Source: Centroscyllium fabricii
Lineage: Eukaryota
Reading direction: 5' to 3'
Length of the DNA: 64,000 nucleotides
Assembly (NCBI GenBank): GCA_051313645.2
Contig: JBNRSN020000007.1
Span: 33,604,001 to 33,668,000, forward strand
Position 1 is the stretch's first letter. Every line of letters starts with the position of its first letter. Shown here in pieces: positions 48,785 to 61,386 of this stretch. Under the pieces are notes generated by a model. The model saw only the letters and a list, made by a program, of their open reading frames with translations, was not told the DNA's origin and made no database searches. Made by a program: the position numbers and the translations under genes.

Positions 48785-49020
48785 TGTTACATAGTTATTT
48801 GTGGGACTGCTTTATACAAGTGTACTAACACCTAAATCAAACAGCAGCACTACGGTGCTGGAAAAGAAGTGCTGCAGCCGTCTCACAGGCAGTCGGATGT
48901 ATCACCCCGCACCATGAGGGAACAGCCATTTGTAATAAGTAAAGTACCAAGGTAACAAAATCAAACTACTGAGTCCAGAGTCATCTTTACAAAGCACTAG
49001 GAGCGTTAGGAGACACAACA
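48785..49020 (+). mobile_element. 3' LTR (236 bp) of the second Gypsy element
   Basis: TGTT...AACA directly after the PPT; AGTAAA poly(A)-like signal at ~48938. Confidence 0.8.
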
Positions 49021-49464
49021 AAACTAATTACATCAATTTCTATATTACAAATGTTTGCAGCTAACTAACGTTAACAATACAGGTCCCTCGGGGCCGGGCG
49101 GGTCTCGGTTTTCGGATAATTTCAGTTTTTAGAGTTGGCCCAGTGCGCATGCGCAGATCACATGCGCACTGGCGTGTTTGCGGCCCAGTTCGCAGTCGGG
49201 GAACGGCATATCGGCCGTTTGGAACGGATATCAGCCGTTTTTTTCCTCAGCACAGCATCAACAGCACGAAATCATGGTAAAAATATTTTTTCTGCTGCAG
49301 CTTCAATTTACTTAAGAAAAAAAATGGTTATTTTGGCGCAACTCGGGATTTCGTTTTTTGGAGTTGCGGATAAAGGGTTGTGTACCTGTACAGCATTAGA
49401 AATTGGCCTTAGCTTTACTTAATTAGAGAGGCAGAAACTGTTTCAGTCCCTGCTCACGATTATT

Positions 49465-50347
49465 GGGCCCTGTTTTCCTGTGGCCCGATTGCTGTGGGTG
49501 CGCGCTCATGTGCACCCGCGGCGCACGCGCACGTAATTTTTTATTTTTTTTCTGACGGCAATTTCCTGTGGAAAATGCCGGGGTTTTTTGCTGCGTAGGG
49601 GTCTGTTTTTTTTTGGTGCGTGGTGCTTTGTGCGTAGGTTGTGAGCAGGCCACGCCCACTGAGGTCGGCTTTCCCCCCGCACAAAGCACAGAATCGGCCT
49701 CAGGACAAAGAATATCGGGTAGGAAGCACCTTGTTTTTTTTAAGTTTCTCGGAAGCACCTTGGTTTTTTTTGTTGGAAGTGAAAAAAACACGTTTAAAGG
49801 TAAGTTTTTTTTTGATTCCTTTGCAGATATTTGTCTGTGGTCTTTCAGCTTGTAAATGGGTAGGGTTTTTTTTGTTGGTGAAAGTGAAAAAAAACCAGGT
49901 TTTTAACGCAAATTAAGCAGCTGTGATGGCCATCAGAGCTGCTGACATCGCGTTCAAAACCCGTTTTTTATTCACTTTCACCAACAAAAAAAACCCTACC
50001 CATTTACAAGCTGAAAGACCACAGACAAATATCTGCAAAGGAATCAAAAAAAAAAACTTACCTTTAAACGTGTTTCTCCACTTCTCAAAGCTGCTGCAGC
50101 ACCTCTAAGACTGCTTTTTAAATGTGCAGCTGAAGAGAGACTTGCCCACGTGATACACACGCATTTTGAGCAGCTGCCACAGGAAATCGGCAGCTCAAAG
50201 TCTTCCTGGGTAGGAAGCTGAAGCCCCTTGCCCATCAGCACAGGAAATTCAAGTTTCTGGTAATCACCCGAGCTGCACCCCCACGAGGCATTTCTGACCC
50301 CCCTTCGTGGGGGTGCAGCTCTTCTGGAGCACAGGAAAACAGGGCCC
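49465..50347. mobile_element. MITE with 18-bp TIR, ATT TSD and a large internal palindrome
   Basis: ATT|GGGCCCTGTTTTCCTGTG ... CACAGGAAAACAGGGCCC|ATT. Confidence 0.85.
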
Positions 50348-52943
50348 ATTACATTGAATAAATTTAAAACAGAGATAGACAGTTTCCTGGAAGTAAAGGG
50401 AATTAGGGGTTATGGTGAGCGGGCAGGTAAGTGGACGTGAGGCTAGGTTCAAATCGGCCATGTGATCTCCTGGACCAGTTTTCGATCGCCTAGATGGGTC
50501 GGAGAGGAATTTCCCAGATTTTTTCTCCCAAATTGGCCACTGGGTTTTTTATCTGGTTTTTCGCCTCTCCCGGGTGATCACATGGGTTTGGGCGGGATGG
50601 AGAGTAAGAATAAAATTGAGGTTAGGATCAGATCAGCCATGATCTTGTTGAATGGCGGAGCAGGCTCGAGGGGCCGATTGGCCAACTCCTGCTCCTATTT
50701 CTTATGTTCTTATGACCTAGTAACTGATGGTGGAAGTGCACGTCGGGTGAGGCCGAGAAGGAGCTCGACTGCGATGCCCCTCTGATCGAATAGCTCGCTG
50801 ATACTCTCAGTTGTGGCTCACACATGAATGATGGTCAATTGGGTGAAATGCCAGAGGGCAACTGATACCCCAGCAAGAAGTTAACAGGAGAGGACAGGAG
50901 AAAGATAGAGGTGTGTGCCAGCTTTTGATATATGGTGAAAGCAAAGAGTTCTTTCAGCACCATTTTAGGACTGGGGATTTATTTCTGCATTAGCAATGTA
51001 AGGAGGTTTGTCCTGCTACTCATGCAGTTTTGTACATTACAGCATTCCAGATGTGGGTGCTCTCGGGCAGCATGGGATTATTCAAGGACTAGCGAATTCT
51101 GCTCAGAATGGAATTATTCAATGATCAGGGAATTCTGGTAAATATCTTTAAATTCTTGTGACTATAGTAAAAATGCTGATGTTACTTTGGCTTGTAGTTT
51201 ACCACAAAACCAAAAAGTAATACAACTAAATGCCAGAAAACAATCACTATGGGGGGTATTTTCCCGAAGGTGCGGGAGCCTGGCAGGGACTGGTCGGGTC
51301 GGGTTTCTGTCCCCGCCCGCCCAAGGGCCTGGAAACCCGACGCAATTTTCCATAAATTGATCAATTAAATCCCCGCGTGCGGGGAGCCACTTGCAATTGC
51401 CTGACTCGAGTCGGCAATCAAGGCGCTGCAGCTGGGAGCGAGGACTTTGACTGACAGTTGTAGGGACTGTCTGTTGACATTTGCCATGGAAACACTCCAT
51501 TGTGACATCACAATGGATTGCAACCAATCGCAAAGCCCAACTGGTTTGAGTGACAGGTGGACGGTCGCGCTGGAAATCTTTGACAGTTAGGGACCGTCTC
51601 TCAATTCATCTGTCAAGCTACGTTTTTAATGTTTTTTCTCCACAGATGGCCCTCAGAAAAGGGAGTCACTTACACCACCAGGGTGTTGAAGGCCTGGAAA
51701 GCATTCTGCTCTAGGTCCTTCAATGCCTTGAAGGCGAAAGTGACCAAGGCCACTGTGATCCCGCTGGGTTTCACCAGCGGGGATTCAGGATGGCGGGGTT
51801 TGGGTGGGAAAGGGTTTAAAATAGGTGAGGACCCTAAAAATGGCATTATCCAGTCCAAATAAGGGCCCCCAATTACCTCAACGAGCATCCCCGCCGGTGG
51901 TGGGCGGGAAAGATTCGGAACGGCTGGACACGCTGCCCGAAACTTACAAGCCGGCGGTGATCCGGCTGGGGTCGGGACCCCCCGGTTCCGCAATTTTAGG
52001 CCCCCGCCCCGCCAGAAAGCCACCCTCACAGACCTGCAAAAATGACCCCCTTAGGTTTGAAAACAAATCTTACTGGACCAAAATGTTTCTTGCTCACAGG
52101 ATGCATGTTTCAGCTATTATGGTTTGCTAGTCAAGTTCACAGTTGCGCTGAATACGTATTACATTCCAGAACACGGGCCAAGTCTCAACACTGCCTAAGT
52201 TTACACCTGCATAACATTTACAATACCTTGAATACCCCCGGTTTAAACCACAAGGAATTACACAGAACTTTTGTCTATGGTATAGGAACAAAGTAGTAAG
52301 CTTTTAAGAAAGAAAATATCATACATGTGTTTGTCTCACTTCTAAACCGGTCTGTCAAACCCAGAAAAGGAAACAGCACAATGATTTCTTCCCAAAGTAG
52401 CAGTGATTAGTGACTTATTTAACTGAACCAAAAGCTTACCATGGACTTTTCTTAATTAGAAATTATTATTAGCCATATGCATATTAAAGCTAGAACATTT
52501 TTACAGGTTTAGATGCCCTTTTCAATTTGGGATTTGTTTATCCACTGGCTCAGGGGGCACATGATCGCATGACGTAGAGCAGAGCCTATACATACCAGGA
52601 AGGCCATGGATTAAATCTCTGGCTTATTCTCAGTTTGTCAACCTTAACCAGGGTGGTGTTATATAGACATTCTATTTGGCCTCAGCATCCCCTGCTAATT
52701 CTCTGACAGTTGCCTCTCGTAGAAAAGTGCACGTGGACATCAGGTAAAAACACTGGGCTTGGCCAGGATACACCTTCTCGTGTTCAAAAGGCGACCAACT
52801 ATCTAGGTTCAAACAAAGAATGGGTGCTTGGGCAAGTTTCCAAAGTGCGGCCTTACTCCAGGCAGAACGTCCACCTTCAGAAAACGAGGTGAGACGTTGG
52901 AATAAAATAAAAAATGACAGATGAGAACAAAATCAGGTACAGG

Positions 52944-53798
52944 TTTTTTTTTTTTATTCATTGATGGGATGTGGGCGTCGCTGACTGGCTAGGCCTGCAT
53001 TTAGTGCCCATCCCTAATTGCCCTTGAGAAGATGGTGGTGAGCCACCTTCTTGAACCGCTGCAGTCCATATCGTGTAGGTACACCCACAATGTTGTTAGG
53101 AAGAGAGTTCCAGGATTTTGGCCCAGCGACAGTGAAGGAGCGGTGATACAGGTCCAAGTCAGGATGGTGTGTGGCTTGGAGGGGAACTTGTAGGTGGTGC
53201 TGTTCCCATGCGTCTGCTGCCCTTGTCCTTCTAAGTGGTAGAGGTCGCGGGTTTGGAAGGTGCTGTTGAAGGAGCTTTGGCGAGTTGCTGCAGTGCATCT
53301 TGTAGATGGTACACACTGCAGCCACAGTGCGCCGGTGGTGGAGGGAGTGAATGTTGAAGGTGGTGGATGGAGTGCCAATCAAGCGGCCTGCTTTATCCTG
53401 AATGGTGTCGAGCTTCTTGAGTGTTGTTGGAGCTGCACTCATCCAGGCAAGTGGAGAGTATTCCATCACACTCCTGACTTGTGCCTTGCAGATGGTGGAA
53501 AGGCTTTGGGGAGTCAGGAGGTGAGACACTCGCCGCAGAATTCCCAGCCTCTGGCCTGCTCTTGTAGCCACAGTAATTATATGGCTGGTCCAGTTCAGTT
53601 TCCGATCAATGGTAACCCCCAGGATGTTGCTAGTGGGGGATTCAGCGATGATAATGCCATTGAATGTCAAGGGGAGATGGTTCGAGTCTCGCTTGTTGGA
53701 GATGGTCATTGCCTGGCACTTGTGTGGTGCGAATGTTACTTGCCACTTGTCAGCCCAAGTCTGAATGTTGTCCAGGTCTTGCTGCATATGGACACGGA
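52944..53798 (-). mobile_element. CR1-group (Zenon-like) LINE 3' end
   Basis: ORF 53014-53787 QQDLDNIQTWADKWQVTFAPHKC...; poly-T at ~52944. Confidence 0.87.
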
Positions 53799-53926
53799 CA
53801 CGGCAACTTCAGTGATTAGGCACGAATGGGAACCGGCGGCCTTCAGTTTGTGGAGCAGCCACTCGGCGGTGGCGCCGGTTCCCGCGAAGGGTGGGCGAGC
53901 GTCGGGCGTTAGAGATGCTGCTGGAC

Positions 53927-54075
53927 AGTGTTCTATCCCCGGGCTCCCTCCTGGAGAGTGTTCTACGGCACGCTCCGAGCCCCGGGGAGTGTTCTACGGT
54001 GCGCTCCGGGCCCCGGGGAGTGTTCTACAGCGTGCTCCGGGCCCCGGGGAGTGTTCTACCGCGTGCTCCGGGCCC
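53927..54075 (+). repeat. ~31-bp tandem repeat inside a Tigger-like fragment
   Basis: gtgttctac....gctccg.gccccgggga x ~5; related in reverse to 40020-40095. Confidence 0.8.
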
Positions 54076-55339
54076 CACCAAAGCATCGACTGTCGACCAA
54101 CATCAATCTCGTACCAGTTAGTGAGTACAACAAGTGCACTAATACATGGAACATAAGAACATAAGAAATAGGAGCAGGAGTAGGCCAATCGGCTCCTCGA
54201 GCCTGCTCCGCCATTCAATAAGATCATGGCTGATCTGATCTTAACCTCAATTTTACTTTCACTCTCCATCCCGCCCAAACCCATGTTATCACCCGGGAGA
54301 GGCGAAAAACCAGATTAAAAACCCCAGTGGCCAATTTGGGAGAAAAAAATCTGGGAAATTCCTCTCCGACCCATCTAGGCGATCGAAAACTGGTCCAGGA
54401 GATCACATGGCCGATCTGAACCTAGCCTCACGTCCACTTAACTGCCCGCTCACCATAACCCCTAATTCCCTTTACTTCCAGGAAACTGTCTATCTCTGTT
54501 TTAAATGCTCCCCGCCGAGTCTGTGAGTGCAGCTCCGCACGTCCCTGCTCTCACAAAGGTCCGACTCGGGATCTGTGCGCATTTTTAAATTTAAATTAGG
54601 GATCTGGGGGCGTTTTTTATTTAAATTTGGGATCTGTGGGCGGGGCATACACTGCGCACCTAGCGTGGCTGGACAGCCACGCAGCGCAGGAACGGGGAGG
54701 AAAGTCAGGGAGCAACTTCTGTGCGATGTTGGTGCGTGCGATAGGTGTCCGCAGGGTCCTAGCGCACGCACCAACCTGCACAGACGAAATTCTGGCCCAA
54801 TATGAACAAAATGTGCAACTCAATTATCGGCACACAAATTCGGGTCGGAGGCTTCCCGCGTGTAAGCCTCCAACCTGCACTTACCCAGCGCGCCGGCCGT
54901 TGAGCTGTGGGCCCGCGTGGAATTCCGATGCGGGGCCTGCTTCAACTGCCGGCGCGCCGCGCTCCCGTATCCCAGCGGCGAAGATAGTGCGCTGGATCAC
55001 GTGGGCCACGGAGAGCCGATCGGAGCAGAGAATGCTCCATGCATAAGTTTAACAGGAAGACCTGTCAAAAGTATGAAAACTACAAGCCCCAAAACATCAC
55101 TAAATCTTCAAATAAAGTTTATAAAAACATCACATTTTTAAAAATAAGATTCAATTTATTGTCATTGTAAAGTGAACATACACAAAACAACGAAATGCAA
55201 ACATGCAATCTCCCAAATTATTAAATGTCCTTGGTCCCAGTCTGATCCATCCCATCCCACCAGGCGCTGCAGCCACGATGCGCCCGGTGCCGGCCACGCA
55301 GGCCCTGGCGCTCCAGCCACGACGGCCTCGCAGCTCCCG

Positions 55340-55597
55340 GCCCCACGGCTCTCCGAGCCCGACGGCCCCACGGCTCTCCGAGCCCGACGGCCCCACGGCT
55401 CTCCGAGCCCGACGGCCCCACGGCTCTCCGAGCCCGACGGCCCCACGGCTCTCCGAGCCCGACGGCCCCACGGCTCTCCGAGCCCCACGGCTCTCCGAGC
55501 CCCACGGCCCCACGGCTCTCCGAGCCCCACGGCCCCACGGCTCTCCGAGCCCCACGGCCCCACGGCTCTCCGAGCCCGACGGCCCCACGGCTCTCCG
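55340..55597 (+). repeat. Minisatellite, 25-bp unit
   Basis: (ccccacggctctccgagcccgacgg)n, ~10 copies. Confidence 0.93.
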
Positions 55598-56552
55598 ATC
55601 AATTACATTAAATAACTTTGAAAAAATTAATTATTTTTTCTGACGGGGCTAAAAATAAACTTACCTTGCTTTAAAGTATTTAAAAATAATAAACCTGTGG
55701 AAAAAATGTTTTAATTTACATTAATTCACCACTTACCTTGTTAAAACCAGTCTTTGCACATTAAAATATCAGCCGTAACTTTTTCATATTTACCCAGACA
55801 AAGAATCTTATTAAAAAAAAGCGGAAGTGCAGTGCGCACGTGCTGCCGCTCCCGCATTCCGACCTCTGAACCCTTCTGTCAGGGGATCAGAAGTGCCGGT
55901 TTTGCGCGTATGCTCTGTGCATGCACAAAACCGGCACTTTGGATGGGCCTACGCGCGAGTACCCAGCACGTACTCACGCGTTGGGACCCGAATTTCTGGG
56001 CCAATATGTAAACCAACACAAAAATCCGTTTTTATTGAAAAGTGAAAAACAGTTCTTGCACTCAAGCCCACAATTAGAACTAGTTTTTAAAAATAGGACA
56101 GGAAGTCCGAGACACTTTAAAAAAAAAACTTTAGTTGAGCGTCGAGGAAACAAGGCAAGAAACAGTTGCGTTCTGTTTCATTTCCTTCTGTTGCGAGCAT
56201 GAATTAACATTTTGTGGAAAGATAACTTGCTTCAGATTATGAAATGCAAATTTTCTGCCTTCGCTGGTGCCTTCGTGACTAACTTAGCCACCAGCAACCC
56301 TTGCATTCCTGCAATTTTCAATTTTATGTCAGTGGTCCCACTCTTGAGATTGCGAGCAAGTGAATCCTTGCTGAAGAGTGCACATTTATGGATAATGATC
56401 GAATCAGTCTCAGTTGTGGTTCTCCCCATCAGCATGCCCACACTCACTGTTTGAAACCAGTCATGGAGAGAATGGCACCTTGGGCAACCCAGTGGTAATC
56501 TGCCATTGCCCATGTTCAATTCAATTCAATTTTATTGTCATTGCAGTGTATA

Positions 56553-56950
56553 GTCATAGAGTAATACAGCACAGAAAGAGGCCCCTCGGCCCATCGCGTC
56601 CGTGCCGCCCATCAATCCCAGTCTATACTAGTCCCATTTTCCGGCATTTGGTCCGTAGCCTTGTATGCTGTGGCATTTCAAGTGCTCATCCAAATGCTTT
56701 TTGAATTTTGAGGGTTCCCGCCTCTACCACCCTCTCAAGCAGTGAGTTCCAGACTCCAACCACCCTCTGGGTGAAAAAGTTCTTCCTCACATCCCCACGA
56801 TACCTCCTGCCCCTTACCCTGAAATTATGCCCCCTAGTTATTGACCCCTCAACCAAGGGAAAAAGTTCCACTCCATCCACCCTATCTATTCCCCTCATAA
56901 TTTTGTACACCTCAATCAGGTCCCTCCTCAGCCTCCTCTGCTCTGAGGAA
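56553..56950 (-). mobile_element. CR1 3' end
   Basis: ORF 56686-56991 EQRRLRRDLIEVYKIMRG...NFFTQRVV. Confidence 0.85.
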
Positions 56951-57605
56951 AAAGAGGGGGAAAGGAAAACTCTGAACAAGTAACTGACCAAATTAGTTTT
57001 TTTTCTAATTTCATAGCTGAAGGCTGGAGCACATATTGCTGAATACTACCAAAGTTGCAAAGAATAGTGATGGGGGAAAAGACAAGGGAAATCAAGTAGC
57101 AGTTATTAAATGCTCTGATTTTTTTTTTTTTTAACTTGAAATCACCCTCACCCTTCACCCCACCACTGGCACCAATGCCTCAGCCCCACACTCCGGAATT
57201 CCCTCCCCAAACTCATCCACCTCCCCCTCCTCCTCTCTGACCAAGCTTCTAGTCACCCCTTCCAATATCTCATTTGGCTTGGCAGCGTTTAAAAAAGATT
57301 ACACCTCCGATGCAGCAGGGAACAATTATCTGCGTTAACGCTACCATCAAATGTAAGTTGTTGCTGTTCGATTCCCAGTCTTTGCTGAGTCCGCTGATCT
57401 TAGCCAGGGTTCATCCTCCTGATTACTTCCAGTGACCCCGTTAGAAAGTGCCCGCCTGTGCTCGATTTAGCTTGGATGTGTTGCCTCCACAGTCAAATAG
57501 CTTTCCCAGGCTCACTGCCCAGGTAGCATGGTCGTTGTGCATTTTGACCGGGAAAAAAATGGTAGTAAGCTGATTTTTGCACCAGATGAGCAGAATGTGC
57601 CATAA

Positions 57606-58314
57606 TGCCCCGGTTTCACTGGAGGCTACGAATTGCCGAATCGTCCCGAATCTGAAATTTGTCCGATTCGTGGGTAATTCTTGCAATTCGTAAACGATTC
57701 GTGGTTGATTCGTAGCGGATTCGTAGAGTTCGCGGAAGTTCGCGTGATTTCTTTGATTTTTCAAGAAAGTTTTTGTTTGGCAAAAAATTTCGTGGGAGGG
57801 TTCACGAATGTCCAATTCGTGATAGATTTCTAAACAATTCGTGACCCTTTCTTATCGTTCTTAACCCTTTCTTACCGTCCGTAACGGCTTCGTAATCGAT
57901 TCGTAGTGCATTCTTGCCTATTCTTGGGCATTGTTGATTTTCTCAAATTCGTGGAACCACGCCGAATACATCACGAATGTCCACGAATGTCCTACGAATG
58001 CACTACGAATGCACTACGAATGCAATTCGTCGATAATTCGTGCAATTCGTAGATAATTCTTAGAATTCGTAACTTAATCGTGGAGGTCGTAGTGGATTCG
58101 TAATTTAATTCTGCATATTCGTAAGTGATTCGTACCTCATTCCTACAATAATTCGTGATAGATTCGTAACCTTGTCCAGAATCGCCAAGAATTAACCAAG
58201 AATCGCCAAGAATTAACCACGAATTTTCGCATTTTTTGCCGAATCGCCACGAATTTCGAAACGTGACGATTCTTGATATTCTTGATATTCTTAGCCCCCA
58301 GTGACACCGGGGCA
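57606..58314 (-). mobile_element. PIF/Harbinger element (709 bp), inverted relative to 11543-12251
   Basis: TAA|TGCCCCGGTTTCACTGG ... CCAGTGACACCGGGGCA|TAA. Confidence 0.9.
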
Positions 58315-58317
58315 TAA

Positions 58318-58932
58318 AGCCCCGCTTTCACTGGAGGGTCCGAATTCCCGATTTCTCCCGAATCTGAAATTTGTCCGATTCGTGGGTAATTCTTGCAATT
58401 CGTAAACGATTCGTGGTTGATTCGTGGTTGATTCGTAGAGTTCGCGTAAGTTCGCGTGATTTCTTTGATTTTTCAAGAAAGTTTTTGTTTGTCAAAAAAT
58501 TTCGTGGGAGGGTTAACGAATGTCCAATTCGTGATAGATTCCTAAACAATTCGTGACCCTTTCTTATCGTTCTTAACCCTTTCTTATCCTTCTTAACCGT
58601 TTCTTAATCGCTTCTTCTGCATTCTTGTCTATTCTTGGGCATTCTTGACTCCCTCAAATTCGTGGACCCACGCCGAATACATCACGAAACAGGCACGAAT
58701 GTCCACGAATCAGGTACGAATCAAGTACGAATCGATTCTTTGAATTCGTAGTTGTTTCTTAAACCATTCTTGACATTCGGCACGAATAATTCGTAATCAA
58801 TTCGTAGTGGATTCGTAGCTCCTCCCGAATCCACCACGAATTTTCACATTTTTTTGCCGAATCGCCACGAATTTCGATACGTGACGATTCTTGATATTCT
58901 TGATATTCTTAGCCTCCAGTGAAAGCGGGGCA
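58318..58932 (-). mobile_element. Second PIF/Harbinger element in tandem (615 bp)
   Basis: TAA|AGCCCCGCTTTCACTGGAGG ... CCTCCAGTGAAAGCGGGGCA|TAA. Confidence 0.9.
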
Positions 58933-59636
58933 TAAAACAACATATCCAAAATCCGCTAAAATCTTCTTTGGGGAAAAAATATTATCCAAGATGAGATTTT
59001 TAGTGCCTTTGAAAAGGTGTAGGGGTCAAATAATTTAATTTTGTACTTATCTAAATCACTATAAATTCTTCTAATTCTTCTATAATTTACTCTGGGTCGA
59101 GAAGATATGGTGGTTTTAGATCCGTTGTAGTTATGGTATTTCATGCGTAAAATGCATTTTTTGGGCTTTTATGAATTGTATTTAGGTTCCAGTCATCGCC
59201 CCCGCCATTTTTTAAAATAATTTTTAACTACTAAGTCTTTGTATTTTCTTTAATGAAGGTGAATTAACCCCCAAAGTCAAATAAAAATCTTACCTTCGAC
59301 ATTTTCGATACAAAAATATGCGAAATTTTCCAACGCTCATTAAAATTTTTCCCCAGAGCGGAATTTGGCGGATTTTGGATATGTTGTTCTATGATATATA
59401 CTAATCATCTGGCACAAAAATCAGCTTACTACCATTTTTTTCCGGGTAGCACCACTCTTTCATCCTCAACAACCATACTAAGGCTACTTGGGCACATTAT
59501 TTTAGAACTTCAGGGGCCACTGGAATCCAATTAAACATGTGCCTGAGCCTTCAGGACAGGAAAGGTGAAAAACTTGGGGGTGGGTGGTGGGGGTGGGGGG
59601 GGGGGGGGGGGGGGTGGGGGGGAGAAACAGAACAAA

Positions 59637-60038
59637 GGTTGTTTTTCTTGGAGCAGAGAAGGCTGAGGGGGGACCTGATCGAGGTGTACAAAATTATGAG
59701 GGGCATAGATAGGGCTGATAGAAAGTAACTTTTCCCCTTAGTAGAGGGGTCAATAACAAGGGGACATAGTTACAAGGTAAGGGGCGGGAGGTTTAGAGGG
59801 GATTTGAGGAGGAACTTTTTCACCCAGAGGGTGGCTGGAATCTCGAACTCACTGCCTGAAAAGGTGGTAGAGGCAGGAACCCTCACAACATTCAAGAAGC
59901 ATTTAGATGAGCACTTGAAATGTCATAGCAGACAAGGCTACGGACCAAATGCAGGAAAATGGGATTAGAATAGACAGGGCTTGATGGCCGGCGTGGACAC
60001 GATGGGCCGAAGGGCCTCTTTCTGTGCTGTATAACTGT
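59637..60038 (+). mobile_element. CR1 3' end
   Basis: LEQRRLRGDLIEVYKIMRG; UTR nearly identical to 41070-41470. Confidence 0.87.
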
Positions 60039-60752
60039 GGGTGCGAAATTGGCGATCTAGCGCCAGCCCGTTAGTGCTAATCATGCGCCACACAATTAGC
60101 GCTGGGGAATCGCGCCCAGCGCTAAATTCAGCTGGGCTCTAAGTTGGGGGCTAACTGGTAGTGCCTCAACGAATTTAGCGCCCAGCTGGACGTCGCGAAT
60201 GACGTCATCAGGCCGCGCAGCGCCTGGGAGGCGCCCGTGGCCGAAATTGGGCAGCACCCGCCGTTTTCTCGCTGCGCGCTGCCCGCGCCAGCTTTCTCCG
60301 GCGCAAACAGCAGCGCTCGAGCGCTGCTTAAAGGGGAGTGCGGTGGTCGGCCATTTTTATTGCTGGCCGATCGCCAGCATCTTCCCCCTCGGCCTCCCCC
60401 GCTGCTCCCCCGGCGGGGTCAGGCCTCCGTCAGCTGAGCCCGGCACTTTCCTCCAGTTCCGGGCTCGTTCTCCGGCTCCTGATCCCTCGGCGGCCCCGCG
60501 GGGCTCTGGCCACAGCCGCGCTAGGCCCCTCCCCTTTCATCGGGTAGGAAGGCCTGCCGTACTGCGGCCCGCCGCTACGGCCTCCTTCGCGCAGCGCTGC
60601 GACAACGCCCCGATATTCGGCCACCTCGCACCAAGAGCGAAGCGGCCCACCCGATTTAGCGCCCACCCCCCATAATGGGCAATGCCAGCCAATTTCGGCC
60701 TTTTTAGCGCCAGCTCATCGCCACAAAGTGTGCGTTGACCAATTTTTCCCCC
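60039..60752 (-). mobile_element. GC-rich MITE inserted in a CR1 tail
   Basis: gggtgcgaaattgg / ccaatttttccccc, followed by tatgactc (the CR1 tail resumes). Confidence 0.76.
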
Positions 60753-61064
60753 TATGACTCCCCATATGTGGGAGCAGCATTCAAGTCAGGATTCATAAAG
60801 TGTTGAGTTGTTGAGGGGAGAAGAAGCTGTTGGCATTAAATAGAAGTCCGAGCTTCTTGGAGGTAGTCAAGGAGGAGATTTCTATGTAAGCTGCGGGGAA
60901 TTGGTGACACCAAGAACATCAGCGAGAATACAGCCAAAGGTAAGAGGTCGCAGCTCTTTAACTTCAGGCACGAAGATATGGACTTCCATCAGTAACACTC
61001 GCCATACTGGAATATAAAAACTAAAGACTTGCTACAATTTAAGAAAATAAACATCAGAACTTAC

Positions 61065-61159
61065 CAGTTCAACACTCTTAAAGTAAAGTCTGTAGTTTGT
61101 AATATACACCACTCCCTTTTTCGGCCCATTAAAGTGACAAATGTAGATCACATCCTTTT
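61065..61159 (-). CDS. MTM1: Myotubularin coding exon (MTM1 exon 4 equivalent), 95 nt, PH-GRAM domain
   Basis: ttttcctgcttcacAG|AA AAG GAT GTG ATC...GAA CTG|GTaagt = [31 protein letters not shown] versus recalled human MTM1 [35 protein letters not shown] and VYITNYRLY favour MTM1 over MTMR1/2. Confidence 0.93.
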
Positions 61160-61386
61160 CTGTGAAGCAGGAAAAAAAAATCACATGAGTCAGTAGAAGC
61201 TAACAACCACAAAAAAAGTACATGTCCATTGCGTATTTTTTTTAACCCTGAATGTGTATTAGAATATTTTTTTTAACAAATGCTAGCTTGAAAACTGTAG
61301 ATGCAGTAGTTCTGATGAGGGAACATCCTTAAAATGCAGTTTTGTCCTTAGATCTCAAAATGACGACGTTTATTAATTTATTAATT

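Larger units (their letters stand above)
57524..59480. mobile_element. Non-autonomous DNA transposon with long imperfect TIRs (Academ-like)
   Basis: AGG|TAGCATGGTCGTTG ... CAACAACCATACTA|AGG. The TIR core gaaaaaaatggtagtaagctgatttttg..ccagatga and aacaacatatccaaaatccgc is mirrored at 59345-59445. Confidence 0.68.

Noticed and set aside
52440-52490. Possible cryptic minus-strand exon ending ATG|GTAAGC
   Set aside because: Weak acceptor, immediate in-frame stop and no myotubularin similarity.
57513-57523. Extension of the Academ-like TIR (tgcccaggtagc / gctacttgggca)
   Set aside because: The outer bases are better explained as the host SINE's own sequence, and the AGG duplication fixes the boundary at 57524 and 59480.
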